DNA of 64,000 nt from Octopus sinensis. Its lineage: Eukaryota. The notes under the pieces were generated by a model, which did not search any database, was not told the origin of the DNA, and saw only the letters and a program-made list of their open reading frames with translations. Of this stretch, positions 25,509-39,094 are shown piece after piece (position 1 is the first letter of the stretch; each line of letters starts with the position of its first letter). Made by a program: the position numbers and the translations under genes. The stretch lies in assembly GCF_006345805.1 (NCBI RefSeq), contig NC_043004.1, positions 2,108,001-2,172,000 on the forward strand, given 5' to 3'.

Positions 25509-25951
25509 GGTTAACTTTTTGATGTGTGTTGTCTGTGTGTTCATGTGTGCGTGTGTGAGTGTGTGTGCGGGAGTGAGCTCACAACCACATGGTTCCGGAT
25601 TCAATCACACTGCGTAGCACCTTGGGTAAGTAACTTCTTCTATAGCCTCGGGGTTGTCAAAGCCTTGAGTGGGTTTCCTAGACTTTAACTGAACGCAACC
25701 CATTATATATATGTATACCATGACATGAACTCTGGAAACTGTCATAGAAAGTGGACCTCCTGGAACTGTATTATGTTCCTTATATACTGTTTATATATTT
25801 AAAAAAAAACACATTGCAGTCTATGGATCTTTTAACTAAAACTCTGAACTAGCTAACCACTTAATCTGTTCCTTCAACATGAATGTAACATTCAAAATAC
25901 TGCCAGCATACTGCCTGGATTTACCTGGGATTATTCTTAAGATCTTATACC

Positions 25952-26180
25952 TATTTCTTTACTGCCCACAAGGGGCTAAACACAGAGGGGACAAACAAGG
26001 ACAGACAAATGGATTAAGTCGATTACATCGACCCCAGTAACTGGTACTTATTTAATCGACCCCGAAAGGATGAAAGGCAAAGTCGACCTCGGTAGAATTT
26101 GAACTCAGAACGTAACGGCAGACGAAATACGGCTACGCATTTCACCCGGCATGCTAACGTTTCTGCCAGTTCACCACCTT
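25952..26180 (-). mobile_element. SINE family E with target-site duplication
   Basis: Interrupts the right arm of the inverted duplication; flanked by AAGATCTTATACC (25939-25951) and AAGATCTTGTACC (26181-26193). Confidence 0.88.
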
Positions 26181-26385
26181 AAGATCTTGTACCCTCACGG
26201 AAAAACGAACCAATCTCCATACCCTCTGGGAGGAGATGAAGTTTATTCTCCCGTCTGTATTCTTCTCTCTACTCTGTTTTATTCTTTATTCTTCTGTCTA
26301 CAATTTTATTTTTTATAAACTGTAAATTCCCCAATGTAGAACTTTCATATATACTCACCTTGTCTCTGATGACAGAATACCACTG

Positions 26386-26417
<32 letters not shown>

Positions 26418-27049
26418 TGTATGTATGTATGTATGTATGTATGTATGTATGTATGTACGTACGTATGTATGTATGTACGTATGTATGTATGTATGTATGA
26501 ATGTATGTATGTATGTATATATGTATGTATGTATGTATGAATGTATGAATCTATGTATGAATGTATGTACGTATGTATGTATGTATGTATGTATGTATAA
26601 ATGTATGTATGTATGTATGTATGCATGTATGTATATATGTATGAATGTATGTATGTATGTATGTTTGTATGTATGTATGTATGTATGTATGTATGTATGT
26701 ATGTATGTATGCATGCATGCGTGCGGACTGAGAGCTGTCGCAGCATGGCCGCGATGTAATAACTGAAACAAGTAATAGTTAAAATATCAGCATGAACTAT
26801 CTCCGTATGAAATTCACATTTAATCGGAAAATGTGCGATTACTCCCTTCGAAATATGTGACCAACGACTGCTACCTTTATCAACCTCTTTTATTATTTCA
26901 TTTCAACTTTTATATTATTATCTCCCTTTCATTCAACTGCTTTCTTTTTTTCCATTCAAATCGCCGTGTTAGACCGCTGAACCCTACACACTTTGCTCTC
27001 TCCGTTTATTTTTATTTTTTTTTTTTTCATGCTCTCTCCATTTTTTACG

Positions 27050-27183
27050 TCTTATTCCTGTCTGTCGCAGAGCGTAGGCTCGAAATATAAAAGACTTCTC
27101 CATCTTTTCCGAGCGTTAAACTAGCGCCCCTGCTTGTTGTTCCTACACCTGTCTTCGTCTTTTCTTATTCTATAATTCGAACT
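27050..27183 (+). mobile_element. Family B copy, degenerate HHR core
   Basis: CTGTCGCA-GAGC GTAG GCTC-GAAAT-ATA-AAAGAC followed by the family-B body, then (CA)n. Confidence 0.7.
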
Positions 27184-27185
27184 GC

Positions 27186-27220
<35 letters not shown>

Positions 27221-27665
27221 CACACACACCACACACACACACACATACATACATACATACATACATACATACATACATACATACATACATACATAATACA
27301 TACATACATACGTTGGACGGAAAATGAAATAGCAAGCTCTTCTTATAATCTGTATATATAATTCACATAAGTATTTTACTTTTTTGTTGGAGACGCCAGT
27401 AGGGCTAATTCTATTTTGTTTTCACGTGGGTCGCTTCCCTTTCCATACCATTTTCTTTACTTATTCTTAAGCACTTCGTCGTGATACACTTATAAACCCG
27501 GTTTGCATCTGGATTCATATCTAAAGTCTTTATTGATAAATACTCTGCGTAGATTAATTCAGGCAGTTTAATCGCTTTTAGTTTTTCAATTTCTTCACCT
27601 ACTACATTAAGGAGACAAGCCAACATCATAAGCATAAAAATGCACCTACATATGTAAATATGCAG

Positions 27666-27704
<39 letters not shown>

Positions 27705-27705
27705 A

Positions 27706-27944
27706 CCTTAAACACTTTTTTAGTTGAAGAAATCTACCCCCATGACTTATCTTTGTAAGCGTAGGACTTATTCTATCGTTTGTCTTTTGCCGAACCGGTA
27801 AGTTACGGGGACGTAAACACACTAGCATCGGTTTACAAGTGATTGTGGAGGGGGACAAATACAGACACAAAGTCACACACACACACACAACACATATATA
27901 TACATACATACATACATACATATATATATATGTGTATATATGTA

Positions 27945-28009
<65 letters not shown>

Positions 28010-28331
28010 TAAATAAACTTAATCCAAACATGAAAACACAAAGAGAAAACACAACAACGCCAGGACGTGGAACAAATATAGTATTATTGGACGCTCAGGA
28101 AGGAAGGGAAGAAGGAGGATTTAATGTTTCGAACGGAGCTCTTCGTCGGAAACATAGGAGAAGGAAAGAAGCTGTTTTCAATTTCCGTCTACTAAACTCA
28201 CCCATAAGATTTGGTCGGCCCGAGGCCATAATAGAAGTCACTTGTCCAAGGTGCCACGCAGAGGGACTGAGCCAGAACCATGAGATTGTGAGATTGGAAA
28301 GCAAACATATTGCCAAATAGCCACGCTTGCA

Positions 28332-28335
<4 letters not shown>
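27706..28335 (-). mobile_element. SINE family A with an HHR-like module (28030-28177) nested in its central microsatellite
   Basis: SINE tail at 27706-27885 and head at 28178-28335; between them lie (TA)n and a family-B-related module whose minus strand reads GUUU-CCGACGAA-GAGC ucc GUUC-GAAAC-AUU-AAAU. Confidence 0.7.
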
Positions 28336-28383
<48 letters not shown>

Positions 28384-29413
28384 ATATATATAAATATAAA
28401 TATATATATATATATGGTTAAATGATTAAAATATAACTGGTGAAATTGATGCAGGATCATCCGAAATTATTTCTAATTATTTAACCACTCGATGTCCACC
28501 CACCAATTCATCATGTAGAAATTTAACTGAATCCTACCACAAACAAGGAACCCTGATGAAATTGAGGAATTTGAATATGGACTGTTCCTACAGCCCCTTA
28601 ATATTTTCTGAAACGGTCGTAAGTTTTAATTGACTTATACTTTTCATGGTTTTTAATTGACCTTTACCTTCAATGATATCTCGTATTAATAAACTCTATT
28701 TTCCCTCGAATACATGTATCTACACACGCATGCATGGTTTTCATGTTATCATAATAGTTCACTTAAATTTTATATCTTATTATTTTTATTTATTTTTTAT
28801 TTTTTAAAATTATTATTTCAATTTATAATATAAACATGTTTCCCATCCAAGTCTTATAAATCACTGTAAGCACGATTTCGTTTTCGGATATAAAGTACTA
28901 ACAACTGAAATCTTTATCTTCTACAAAAAAATTTATTACTCCTTAACTCATAAACGATAAAAAAAATCACTTGTACTATATATGGAATATTGTCTCTATT
29001 AAAAATTACCTTATATATAAATATATATGCAATATAAGTGATACAAAAATGGGTGGCGGGGTCGTGTTAAAGATAGGCCAAAGTTTCGCTCATAACGTAC
29101 TAGTGCGTTTTAATAAATCGAGTTCTACGAAGAACAACAATACAAGAGCAAAAATATGCCAAGATCACAATATACAGAAGTGATTTCGTATTAAAGAGTT
29201 TTAGTGAATAAATATTAGGGCAGGTTTTGACAAGAGAGGTTTCACAGACAAAGAAAAAAGAAATCATCTTTTACTAACTGGTTCATTCTGTTATCAGCTT
29301 ATAAGATTTAATAGTCTGTTCTTCCATGAAATTTCGACATGGAGGAAACACATGGCATTCATTTTAAGTAGACTTCAGAATTTGTGTAATGTCGCTTAAC
29401 GTTTTGAAAAGGT

Positions 29414-29473
<60 letters not shown>

Positions 29474-29869
29474 TATATATATTGATATTGGTTATTACAT
29501 CAGAAAGTTATATTTTGACTTATATACTTAAATATGATTTTTATATTCAGTGAGAGAACTTTTAATATAAATATCAGATAAAAATATAAACTATCAGACT
29601 TCTTTTCTTGCAAGAAAGGAAAGAAAGCTTACTTTACCCCGCAAAATGTCTGCTTACCGGTTAAAATCACTTTTTGTGAGCTGGCGGAATAGTTACAGCA
29701 GCGGATAAAATGGCTAGTAGCTTTTCTTCCGGCACTTTACATTCTGAGTTCTGCCTTTCATCCTTTCGCAATCGATAAGGTCTAATTGAGCACTGGGGTT
29801 CGATTTTAAGCGACCAACTCCCTTTCCGCAAAATTAGAGCGATGCCCTTATAGTAGAAAGAATTATTTA

Positions 29870-30248
29870 TAGTCGAGGCGTGACTGAGCGGTAAGAAGTT
29901 TGTTTCCCAATCACATAGTTCCGAGTTCAGTCCCTCTGCTTGGCACCTTGAGCAAGTGTTTACTACTACGGCTCCGATTAGACCAAAGCCTTGTGAGAGA
30001 AGTGGGTAGACAGAAACTGAAAGAAGCCAATTGTATCTATGTGTATGTGTGGTAGTATTAGTGTGTATGCTCCACTGCCACTTGGTGACCGTTACAACCC
30101 CATAACTTAGCGCTTCAGCAAAATGACCGATAGAATAATTACCGGACTTTAAGAAATAAGAAATGGGGTCAGTTTGTTCGACTAAAGCTTCGCGATAGTG
30201 TTCCAATATGGCCGCTGTCTAATGACTGAAACACATAAAAGAAAAAAG
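29870..30248 (+). mobile_element. Diverged SINE family A
   Basis: Colinear with 25069-25508. Confidence 0.8.
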
Positions 30249-30552
30249 GTGATATATTTATATATGATTGTATGTGTGTATTCATGTATGTGTGCATTTG
30301 TGTGTGTGTTTTGTTTGTCTGTCCCTCACCGACCCTCGATATCTAGTTTTGGTTTGTTCAAGTCCTCTTAGGGTAGCAGTTTGTGAGAGATATGACAGAA
30401 TAAATAGTAGGACTTAAAAATATGTACTTGGAGTAAATTGATTGGACAAAAATCCTTCAAGGTGGTCCCCAACCACGGCCAGAGACTGAAACAAATGAAA
30501 TTGAAAAGGGTTAAAATGTAGTCGATGTTATATGATAATTAATACGTAATGC

Positions 30553-31333
30553 TACTAACTCACGCGTAGTTTGAGATATATCCGCTTCCACTACAGTTCC
30601 CGGTTCATCATTATCCATCTTTGTCTCAGGTCTACCACGGGGCCGATTTTCAAAGTAAAGTCACCAGACCGTAACTTCTCAAACCATCGACGTATATAGT
30701 TCGCTCATTTACCACATTACAATGCAAAAATGGTTCTCTTTTATGCTGTAACAGCAAAGATTAGCAAGTTTCAAGATGACATGTCATGTGATGTTCGTTC
30801 AGTTCGTTTGGTACTCACTTGTCCAACTTTTTCACCTTGCCGATTTGTTTCAGGTGGTCCAATACAGTTGGAATCGAAACATCAAACCTTGCTGCTAACT
30901 CACGTGTAGTGTTTGAGAAGTATCCGCTTCCACTAAAGTTCCCAGTGCATCCTTATCCATTTTGGTCTCAGTTCTACCACGGGGCCGATTTTTAAGAGTA
31001 AAGTCACCAGACCGGAACTTCTCAAACCATCGACGTACAGTGCGCTCATTCGCCACATCTTCACCAAACACCTCATTGATGTTTCGCGCTGTCTGAGATG
31101 AATTTGTTCCACGATGGAAGTCCTATTCATAAACAACACGAATATTTGATATCTCTATCGGTTCACAAATATTTTTTTTTTGCAAGAGAAATCTCATAAT
31201 ATAATCAGATAGCGTGAATTGCATTACGAAAAGTGATGATGTAACTCTTCAAATTATTGTCAGGATAAAACATTAGAGTTAACGACTGTCAAATTAGGAC
31301 CATAAAAAAATCGGACACTTCATTCTTAATGAC

Positions 31334-31338
<5 letters not shown>
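30553..31338 (-). pseudogene. Mariner transposase N-terminal (HTH) relic with left TIR and partial tandem duplicate
   Basis: Minus translation DFHRGTNSSQTARNINEVFGEDVANERTVRRWFEKFRSGDFTLKNRPRGR...LDHLKQIGKVKKLDK*VPNEL; TIR-like TATCAGGTC...TGTCCGA at about 31310-31338; 30553-30719 repeats 30895-31065. Confidence 0.85.
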
Positions 31339-31406
<68 letters not shown>

Positions 31407-32141
31407 GTGTATATATAAGCAAAAATGCTAGTTCAAATATATCTCTCTAAGAGATCAACGCAGTAGTTGTACTAACAATTAATGTTCGTACCCACTTCAA
31501 TATAGTTGTCCGTTCGGATGGACTTAACTGCAATGTTTTAACCCCAAGAGGTCATCTCCTGTAGCTGGTTCACGATGCATAGCTGCATCCGATATATTGC
31601 GAGCAAGGGAGTGAACCCTTACCACATTCTAGCGACCAGCAGACCAGCCAAATTTCGGATATCTCGTCTGCTAGATGTATATGTATTCATATATGTGTTT
31701 GTGTGTGCATGTGTGTGTCTAGATATATATACATGCGTGTGTGTGTGGCTGAATGCGTATGTTTATGTGTGTGTGTGTGTGTGCTTGTGTGCGTGTGTGT
31801 AGCTGCCCGTCATCCTGTCCTCCGTGTCTAGAGTTAGCGCTCTGCTCCATAAACCAGATCCTGAATAAATTGACTTCCTCATTGTATGTTCTGATGTGAA
31901 TCATTAAAATGTAAAGGTCTCCATCAAACACATTATAACCAAGGAAACAGATTAATGCCTTATTTCAGATTTTTTTAATGTAAAATGTCGCCAGTTGGGA
32001 ACACTAGCGCCCTTGCTTATAGGTTTGTTACGGGGTAAAATACAAGCTACCTAAATTTCTGTCAGTCAGTGTGATTTTGCTAACGCTTACATTTTTTTTC
32101 AATATACGCCAAGAGATTTTATACACACAGACGTACAAGCA

Positions 32142-32172
<31 letters not shown>

Positions 32173-32877
32173 CGCATTCATACACGCACACACACACACA
32201 CACATATATACATATATACATATACAAAAACTCATGCACACACATAAACACGATGTGCCTCCGTAGTTTCGTCTGCCAAATTTCACTCATAAAGAATTAG
32301 TCGACGCAAAGCTAATTGTACAACGCAGTGGGACTGAATTTGGAGTCAGGTGTTTTTGAAACCCTTCTTACATATATATATATATATATATATATACTAC
32401 ACACCGTGCAATATTCTTCCAGGCGTTTTGTTCAATGCAACCAGCCCTTATGTGTAAAAATTATTTTCCCTTCCATAATATACAAAACACATTGCAAGTG
32501 GGAAGGGTCAGCGGTGTTACCTTCCTATTCAGCAAAGCAAAATAGAGAGAAAGGAAACTTTAAACTTTCCATAATGTCTTCAGATTAAATTATTCCATTT
32601 AAATTGTGGTTTCTTAGATAGAGTTGAAGTCAGTAGTTCGTAAAGGAGAAAAACAGGAAATTTTAACATTCACGCCCTTTGGAAAAGGCTTACTGAGCTA
32701 CGTATAGCAAAACAGTTCCGCTTCGTATCAATAACCGAGTGGCTTATCTCGATTCTATAGCGCTGGAAAATTTAAAGAGAAAAAAAAACAAACATTAAAA
32801 AAATAAAAATATGTGACTTTTATTTACAAATGAGGTAAACTTTATTGGTTTAGAGTGAGAGACATTGAGAGAGGAGA

Positions 32878-32920
<43 letters not shown>

Positions 32921-33840
32921 AATTAAAGAGAACGAAAAAAAACGAAAATAAAAGACAGAAAGAGTGAGAGAGAGAAAATAAATGTACTGTTCTCGTTAGA
33001 TGCCAAAATATATTTGAATATAGACAAAATACCATTTAGTTTATAAAATGTTCATATCTAGTATTACTTCCATTTATGATACTGAGTTTTAAAGCTGTTT
33101 ACACTTTACAAATCTGTTTGAAAGATTATAACTCTTTGATTTTATTATTCAATCAATTTATACTATACTTTCATGAAAGAGTCCATTTAAAAACGATTTC
33201 AACATTTAATATTTATGGGAATTTTCATTTTAGAATATGAATATTTTACTTCATAAATGCAAATTGCTACTCATGTCACCAACAGTGCCTCCTTCCTAAT
33301 TTTGTAGGAAATTTGTTAAATTGAATTTTTTAGCAAAAGTTTCATTTATCGAGTACAAGGAAATTATTGCAATTATTCATTTGATACCATAATAGGAAAA
33401 ATGATTTCCGTATATTTCACCTGAATATCAAATGGCTGAGATGATAGGGTATTGGGTAATTAAACTAGAGGTAGCATGTTCGTATACCACTTCCTATAGG
33501 AGATTTTTTTGTTTTTGTTTTTTTTTTACAGTGAGGAAGCTTTCAGGCTTTAAATCATGCAGTCCAGCTCTCAAGAGATGTGTCACTGAAGAATAACCCT
33601 TAATATCCACGTAGCAGTGCCGCTGTGTTGGATTAGAGGTTTTGCAGATTACAGTGTTGAAACATAAAGAATGGAAATTTCTGGATAAAATAGCTGCATT
33701 TTAATATATTCAGTGTGGACAGCTGGTATAATTGGTTTATAGGATTCGGTATATTTAGAGTCATCCAGTTAATAATGGGTCGTCTTTAGGATCCAACTAA
33801 TGTCTGTGTGATAGTTCAATAGGCTAATACAAGCAACAGC

Positions 33841-34008
33841 CAAATGTCCTTCAAGTCACGCCGAATTCCTTTCAAGTCACACCAAATGCCCTTCAAGTAA
33901 CGACGAATGCCCTTCAAGTCACGCCAAATCTCCTTCATGTCACGCCAAGTTTCCTTCAAGTCACGCCAAGTGCCCTTCAAGTCACTCCAAATGCCCTTCA
34001 AGTCATCA
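33841..34008. repeat. 21-bp minisatellite, 8 units (consensus CAAATGCCCTTCAAGTCACGC)
   Basis: Eight contiguous units without indels; the minus frame is open and reads (DLKGIWR)n. Confidence 0.92.
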
Positions 34009-36552
34009 TAAAAAATAGTTATAATGAATAATGTAGTCCTAGACACACTTATTTGAAAACAAAAAGACTAATTAATTGCGGTTGATCAACATTACAAACA
34101 ACATGGCTGAATTGAGTGTGTGTTGCATTGTCGTAAATCTGAGCAGTAGAGTAAACCCTATATGTTGTACCTACCAAATCAAGTGTGAATAGATATGAGA
34201 GCTTCTAAGAACATTTTAAATCTTCAAAGGTATCTAAAAGTAAAACAGGTAGTCATTCCATTCAGCCTCTTCGGGGTGGACATACCCAAAACAATCTTTC
34301 GTTCTAGTTATGAAAAAGGATCAAACTCGAGATTCTGATAATGAAAAGATAAGAAACGTTAATCTCTTGATTATGGCTTGATATTCTGTTGACTCAACTA
34401 TCTACAGTCTTTCTTCACATGTCACAATCTTTAGAAGTTTGGTAAACGGTAGCTTTTATTGGTGAGTGGGGACAACTATTCTAATTTTTTTCAACAAAGT
34501 CTTACGTACATTTCCTAATCCTCATGAGGAAGTTTAGATTACCAAAAACAAACAACACAAAAAAATATATTGTGCCAAAAATAGTTTTGTTTCCCTGTAT
34601 TTTACGCTAAAATCCCTTCGAGATAATATTGATTAGCATCATTCCGTCGTCGATTAAGTAAATATTTACACTAAGGATATACTAATCGGATAGTCATCAT
34701 CCATTGCAAAATCTGGCATTGTGTTTCGGGAACAAAAATCACGAGAGATTTTTCTTGTTTTCAAGTGTATAAAACACACACACACACCACACACACACAC
34801 AAACACACAAACATATGCACGCGAGCACGCACACGCTAAGTCTCTCGCAATGTAGCGGACTATAGATGTATCTTGACTTTTAATTCTTTCAAACTATTTA
34901 CGGAGAAATATAATTGCTGGTGACAACCAAGTACATAGCTGACAGTTATTTTACAGAACGGAAGGGAAAATGCCAACCAGTAGGTTTAATCTTTGGTTAG
35001 TAAACCCATCGAATGGTTGCCTTTAGCAAACACTGAGATCATTTGGATAGTTGAAAATAATGTTTACCTTCTTTCCACTAGTCTTGTGGATCCTAAAAGA
35101 CATCATGGATGTTTCTTTTCTTTCATTGATGAAATAAAAAACAGAGTAAGAACTGAATAATGTTCGTGTCATTCTTAATGTGAAAGCAGATGAATAACGT
35201 ACTGGCCAACAAAAGGAATTTCAACCGTGTTTCGTGGTCTGCTACTGCAACAGCTCTTTATAGGATCCAGTTAGCTCAAGACATCATCAGGAGGATGCAC
35301 GTCCGGTTTCGCTCCCTACTCCTCTACCGTTTTGACGTGGTGGGGTCCCCCTTTCGGAGGTGTCTTCAGCTCTGGTGTTGGGTGCATGTCTTCTTTCTTC
35401 TGTTCCCTGGCCTCCTCGATGTATCGTCAGCGAGTGTCAGCCGGTGACTGACTGACCTGTCAAATTTTTTTTAAATACCTGGGCTCCAGCAGGCAGCCCC
35501 AGCAAGTTGTCATGTGACACTGTCTCAACTTTAACTGACCAGTGAAGGCGCATAGTCTTAGCTCATGCATTCTCTAAAAGCTAATTCAGTGTCAGCTTGT
35601 CTCACCTAGTGATGTTATTTTCCTGCCGGCATGTTATGATGTTCAAGCCATTTTTGGTCTTCCCGCTTCAGCCATATATAGAAGCTGGCTTTTTCGACCG
35701 CTCTCCATAATAATTTTTCTCAGCTCCGTGCTGATTCAAATCCAGTCAATACTACGGCTTTGTGTGCATCGTTAAGTCCACTTGACTTTCAAATGATCGA
35801 AAAATCCTAACTTAGGATTAGTGTTGTATGTTAGGAACTGACCAAATAGCATCAGAATTAAATTTAATGAATTGACCACAGGGAGCTCCGAGTTCAAATC
35901 TGGAAGTGATCATAGACTAGAAATGAATGAGCTGAACAACTGTAATTTTTCGAAGACATCTGTAATATAATGTTTTCTGTCGTTATATAAAATCTAAGAA
36001 TCGAAAGGAGTCTCCGCACTTGCCGTTCCAAAATCAATCGACTGCATCGAATCGCTTCTAAAAATTAGTCCTTGGCAGCTAATGGCTTTGTGCGAATTCA
36101 ATTCGATAAGGATTCCAAGCCAACCAGTGTCAATGGTTGGTTAAAAGCTAATGTTTTTCCACAAAGTGCAGTCAACAGAGGATTTCCGACACAACAAACT
36201 CTTATAAACTAATTTTCCTTAAAAAATTACGTGGTTTGCGTTGCCCTGTTTGCTATCAGACATGAAATGACTCCATAACAAAACACATAGGTTGTTCACA
36301 CCTGGGACGCTTTTAGTTCATATCTTCTTAGTCAGGATCATCCCAAGGCAAAACAACAACAGATAACGGATGGTAATTGTCTTCTATTTCTCTTACATAT
36401 GAAGTTTTTGATATTTCATTAGATATATTTTGAGATGTTGTCATTGGAGATTCCTACTTCACATGTATCACGTGTTCCCTGGTATTTTCACTTCATCAGT
36501 TTTGTAATTTCCCTCTCGTTCCCCTCTGAAAGGTTGAGAAAATTGTAAAAAT

Positions 36553-36619
<67 letters not shown>

Positions 36620-36623
<4 letters not shown>

Positions 36624-36918
36624 GTGAAGGCGAAATGGCCCAGTGGTTAGGGCAGTGGACTCGCGGTCTTAGGATCATGGTTTCGATACCCAGACCGGGT
36701 GTTGTGTGTGTTTATTGACCGTAAACTCTTAAAGCTCCAGGAGACTCCGGCAGTGGGGGGTGAACCCTCCTGTACTCTTTCACCACAACTTTCTTTCCCT
36801 CTTCTTTTCTGTTTCTGTTGTACACACACACACACGTGTCTACATACTTACATATCACATACATACACACACACGCAAAGGCAAACAAACACATACATAC
36901 ATACATACATACATACAT

Positions 36919-36952
<34 letters not shown>

Positions 36953-36972
36953 TATATATGTATGTGTGTGTG

Positions 36973-37004
<32 letters not shown>

Positions 37005-37315
37005 GTGTGTGTGTGTGTGTGTGTATAGTGAAGGCGAAATGGCCCAGTGGTTAGGGCAGTGGACTCGCGGTCTTAGGATCATGGTTTCGATACCCAGACC
37101 GGGTGTTGTGTGTGTTTATTGACCGTAACTCTTAAAGCTCCAGGAGACTCCGGCAGTGGGGGGTGACCCTCCTGTACTCTTTCACCACAACTTTCTTTCC
37201 CTCTTCTTTTCTGTTTCTGTTGTACACACACACACACGTGTCTACATACTTACATATCACATACATACACACACACACAAAGGCAAACAAACACATACAT
37301 ACATACATACATACA

Positions 37316-37378
<63 letters not shown>

Positions 37379-37440
37379 ATATATATATATGTATGTGTGT
37401 GTGTATATATATATATATGTATGTGTGTGTGTATATATAT
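36620..37440 (+). repeat. 404-bp tandem duplication containing a tRNA-derived SINE head (family D)
   Basis: TATAGTGAAGGCGAAATGGCCCAGTGG starts at 36620 and 37024; the copies differ only by small indels and one substitution outside the microsatellites; A box TGGCCCAGTGG, B box GGTTTCGATACC. Confidence 0.9.
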
Positions 37441-37684
37441 ATATATGTATGTAGGTATTATGAATCTGTGTTTGTGTGAGCAAACACTTTGCATGTATTC
37501 ATTTTTAAATATGTATCTAAGTTTATTATAGACACCTGGTAATTAAATTTATCTCCAATGATACAGCTTGCAAACTTTTTTTCTTGTTTTTTCCCAAACA
37601 CGGATTCTTATCAATGAACATTGAAGTGAATGTGACATAAAGTTTGAATGCCTAATTTTATATATAATATACATAGACACCTGT

Positions 37685-37715
<31 letters not shown>

Positions 37716-37818
37716 GTGTTTGTGTGTGTGTGTGTATTGTGTGTGTGTGTGTGTGTGTGTGTATGTATATGTATATATTATATATAAATATGTATATATA
37801 TATATATATATTTATGTA

Positions 37819-37878
<60 letters not shown>

Positions 37879-39094
37879 TATGTATCTATATATATATGTA
37901 TATATATATATACATGTATCTATATATAATATATAATATATATATATATATATATCACAAAATCCTATGAAGCAGAATATTTAACTGTAGCCATAGAATT
38001 TTGTTGTAACAGAATGCAGTCATTATTGCATATCATATGAATTTGATTCCTTGAATTTATAATTATTGGTGCAATGAATGAGAGTAAATTGTGAGTTACG
38101 AGTCGCTTTCATAACAACCAGCTTTCATATGCAAGTGTGTAGATGATAATCGCTTGAAACGCGACAGTAGAAACATGTACACGTCCTCTTCTTCGCCTAT
38201 TTATCAGCGGCTGAGTATGGAGATGTATATTATATTGCCCCACTAGGTGACGCTTATTAATGCCTGCTTGTGATTGCGCATGTGTGTGTGTAAGTGTTTG
38301 TCTGTATGTTTGGAGGCGAGTATAGCAATTATATTTATCAATAAATGTAAATATTGGTTTCTAAGTTGTCTTTGGTGATGCATTTATCAGTACATGTGTT
38401 ATAATAGTCAGGTTGTAACTATATTTGTGGACACCATAAATGTCACATTTGTCATCATAAATAATCATTTTGTTGGTACAACTACGGAAGAAAAACAATA
38501 TGGCGCCGATCATTTGCCGGGAGGGGTGGTATATGCAAATGATTATATTTATAAGCAATGGGGGATGCGGGTGGAATAGCGACATATTTGAAGTTGCTGT
38601 CTAGAGATCAAATTAACGAAGGAGAATTTATCACTAAAAGATGTTTTGAAGTTGCAATAATAAATACCTGTTTCATCAGTAATCTGATAATTACACGAAC
38701 TGAAAAACATATAAACACACATTGAAATTAATAGTTGAATCTATTGAAACAAATACTATCGTAATTGCATAATGAAAAGAAGAGATAAGAATTATATAGA
38801 TTAATGGATTTTAACAAAGCTGAATGTTCTTCTTAAATGTCTAATATTTCTTTAATGAATCCTATCAATTTCTTACGACCAAACATAATGCCAATTTTTA
38901 TTATGAGAGGAATATGGTCGAGTCAATCGATATTTCATGTATTACTGAAACTAATTACAGAAAATTTAGGGTCAAATTCGAAAATTACGAGTTTTCTTTG
39001 CGTTGATTGTCAAAACTAAACACCACTAAGCATTTGTACTCCAATACTCTTTCCTTTCTGTTATTATAGGAGTTTTTCTAACAAATAATAAAAT

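Larger units (their letters stand above)
24626..26775. repeat. Inverted duplication (24626-25006 versus 25915-26775)
   Basis: Both arms carry the same SINE-A tail stub, a (CATA)n tract and the same unique sequence (GTATTCTGTCATCAGAGACAAGGTGAGTATATATGAAAGTTCTAC...CAGACGGGAGAA...CAGGTAAAT) in opposite orientation. Confidence 0.85.

Noticed and set aside
36625-36700. tRNA-like sequences with A and B boxes (also the heads of SINE A, E and F)
   Set aside because: They do not fold into complete cloverleaves and continue into repeat bodies; they are SINE heads, not tRNA genes.
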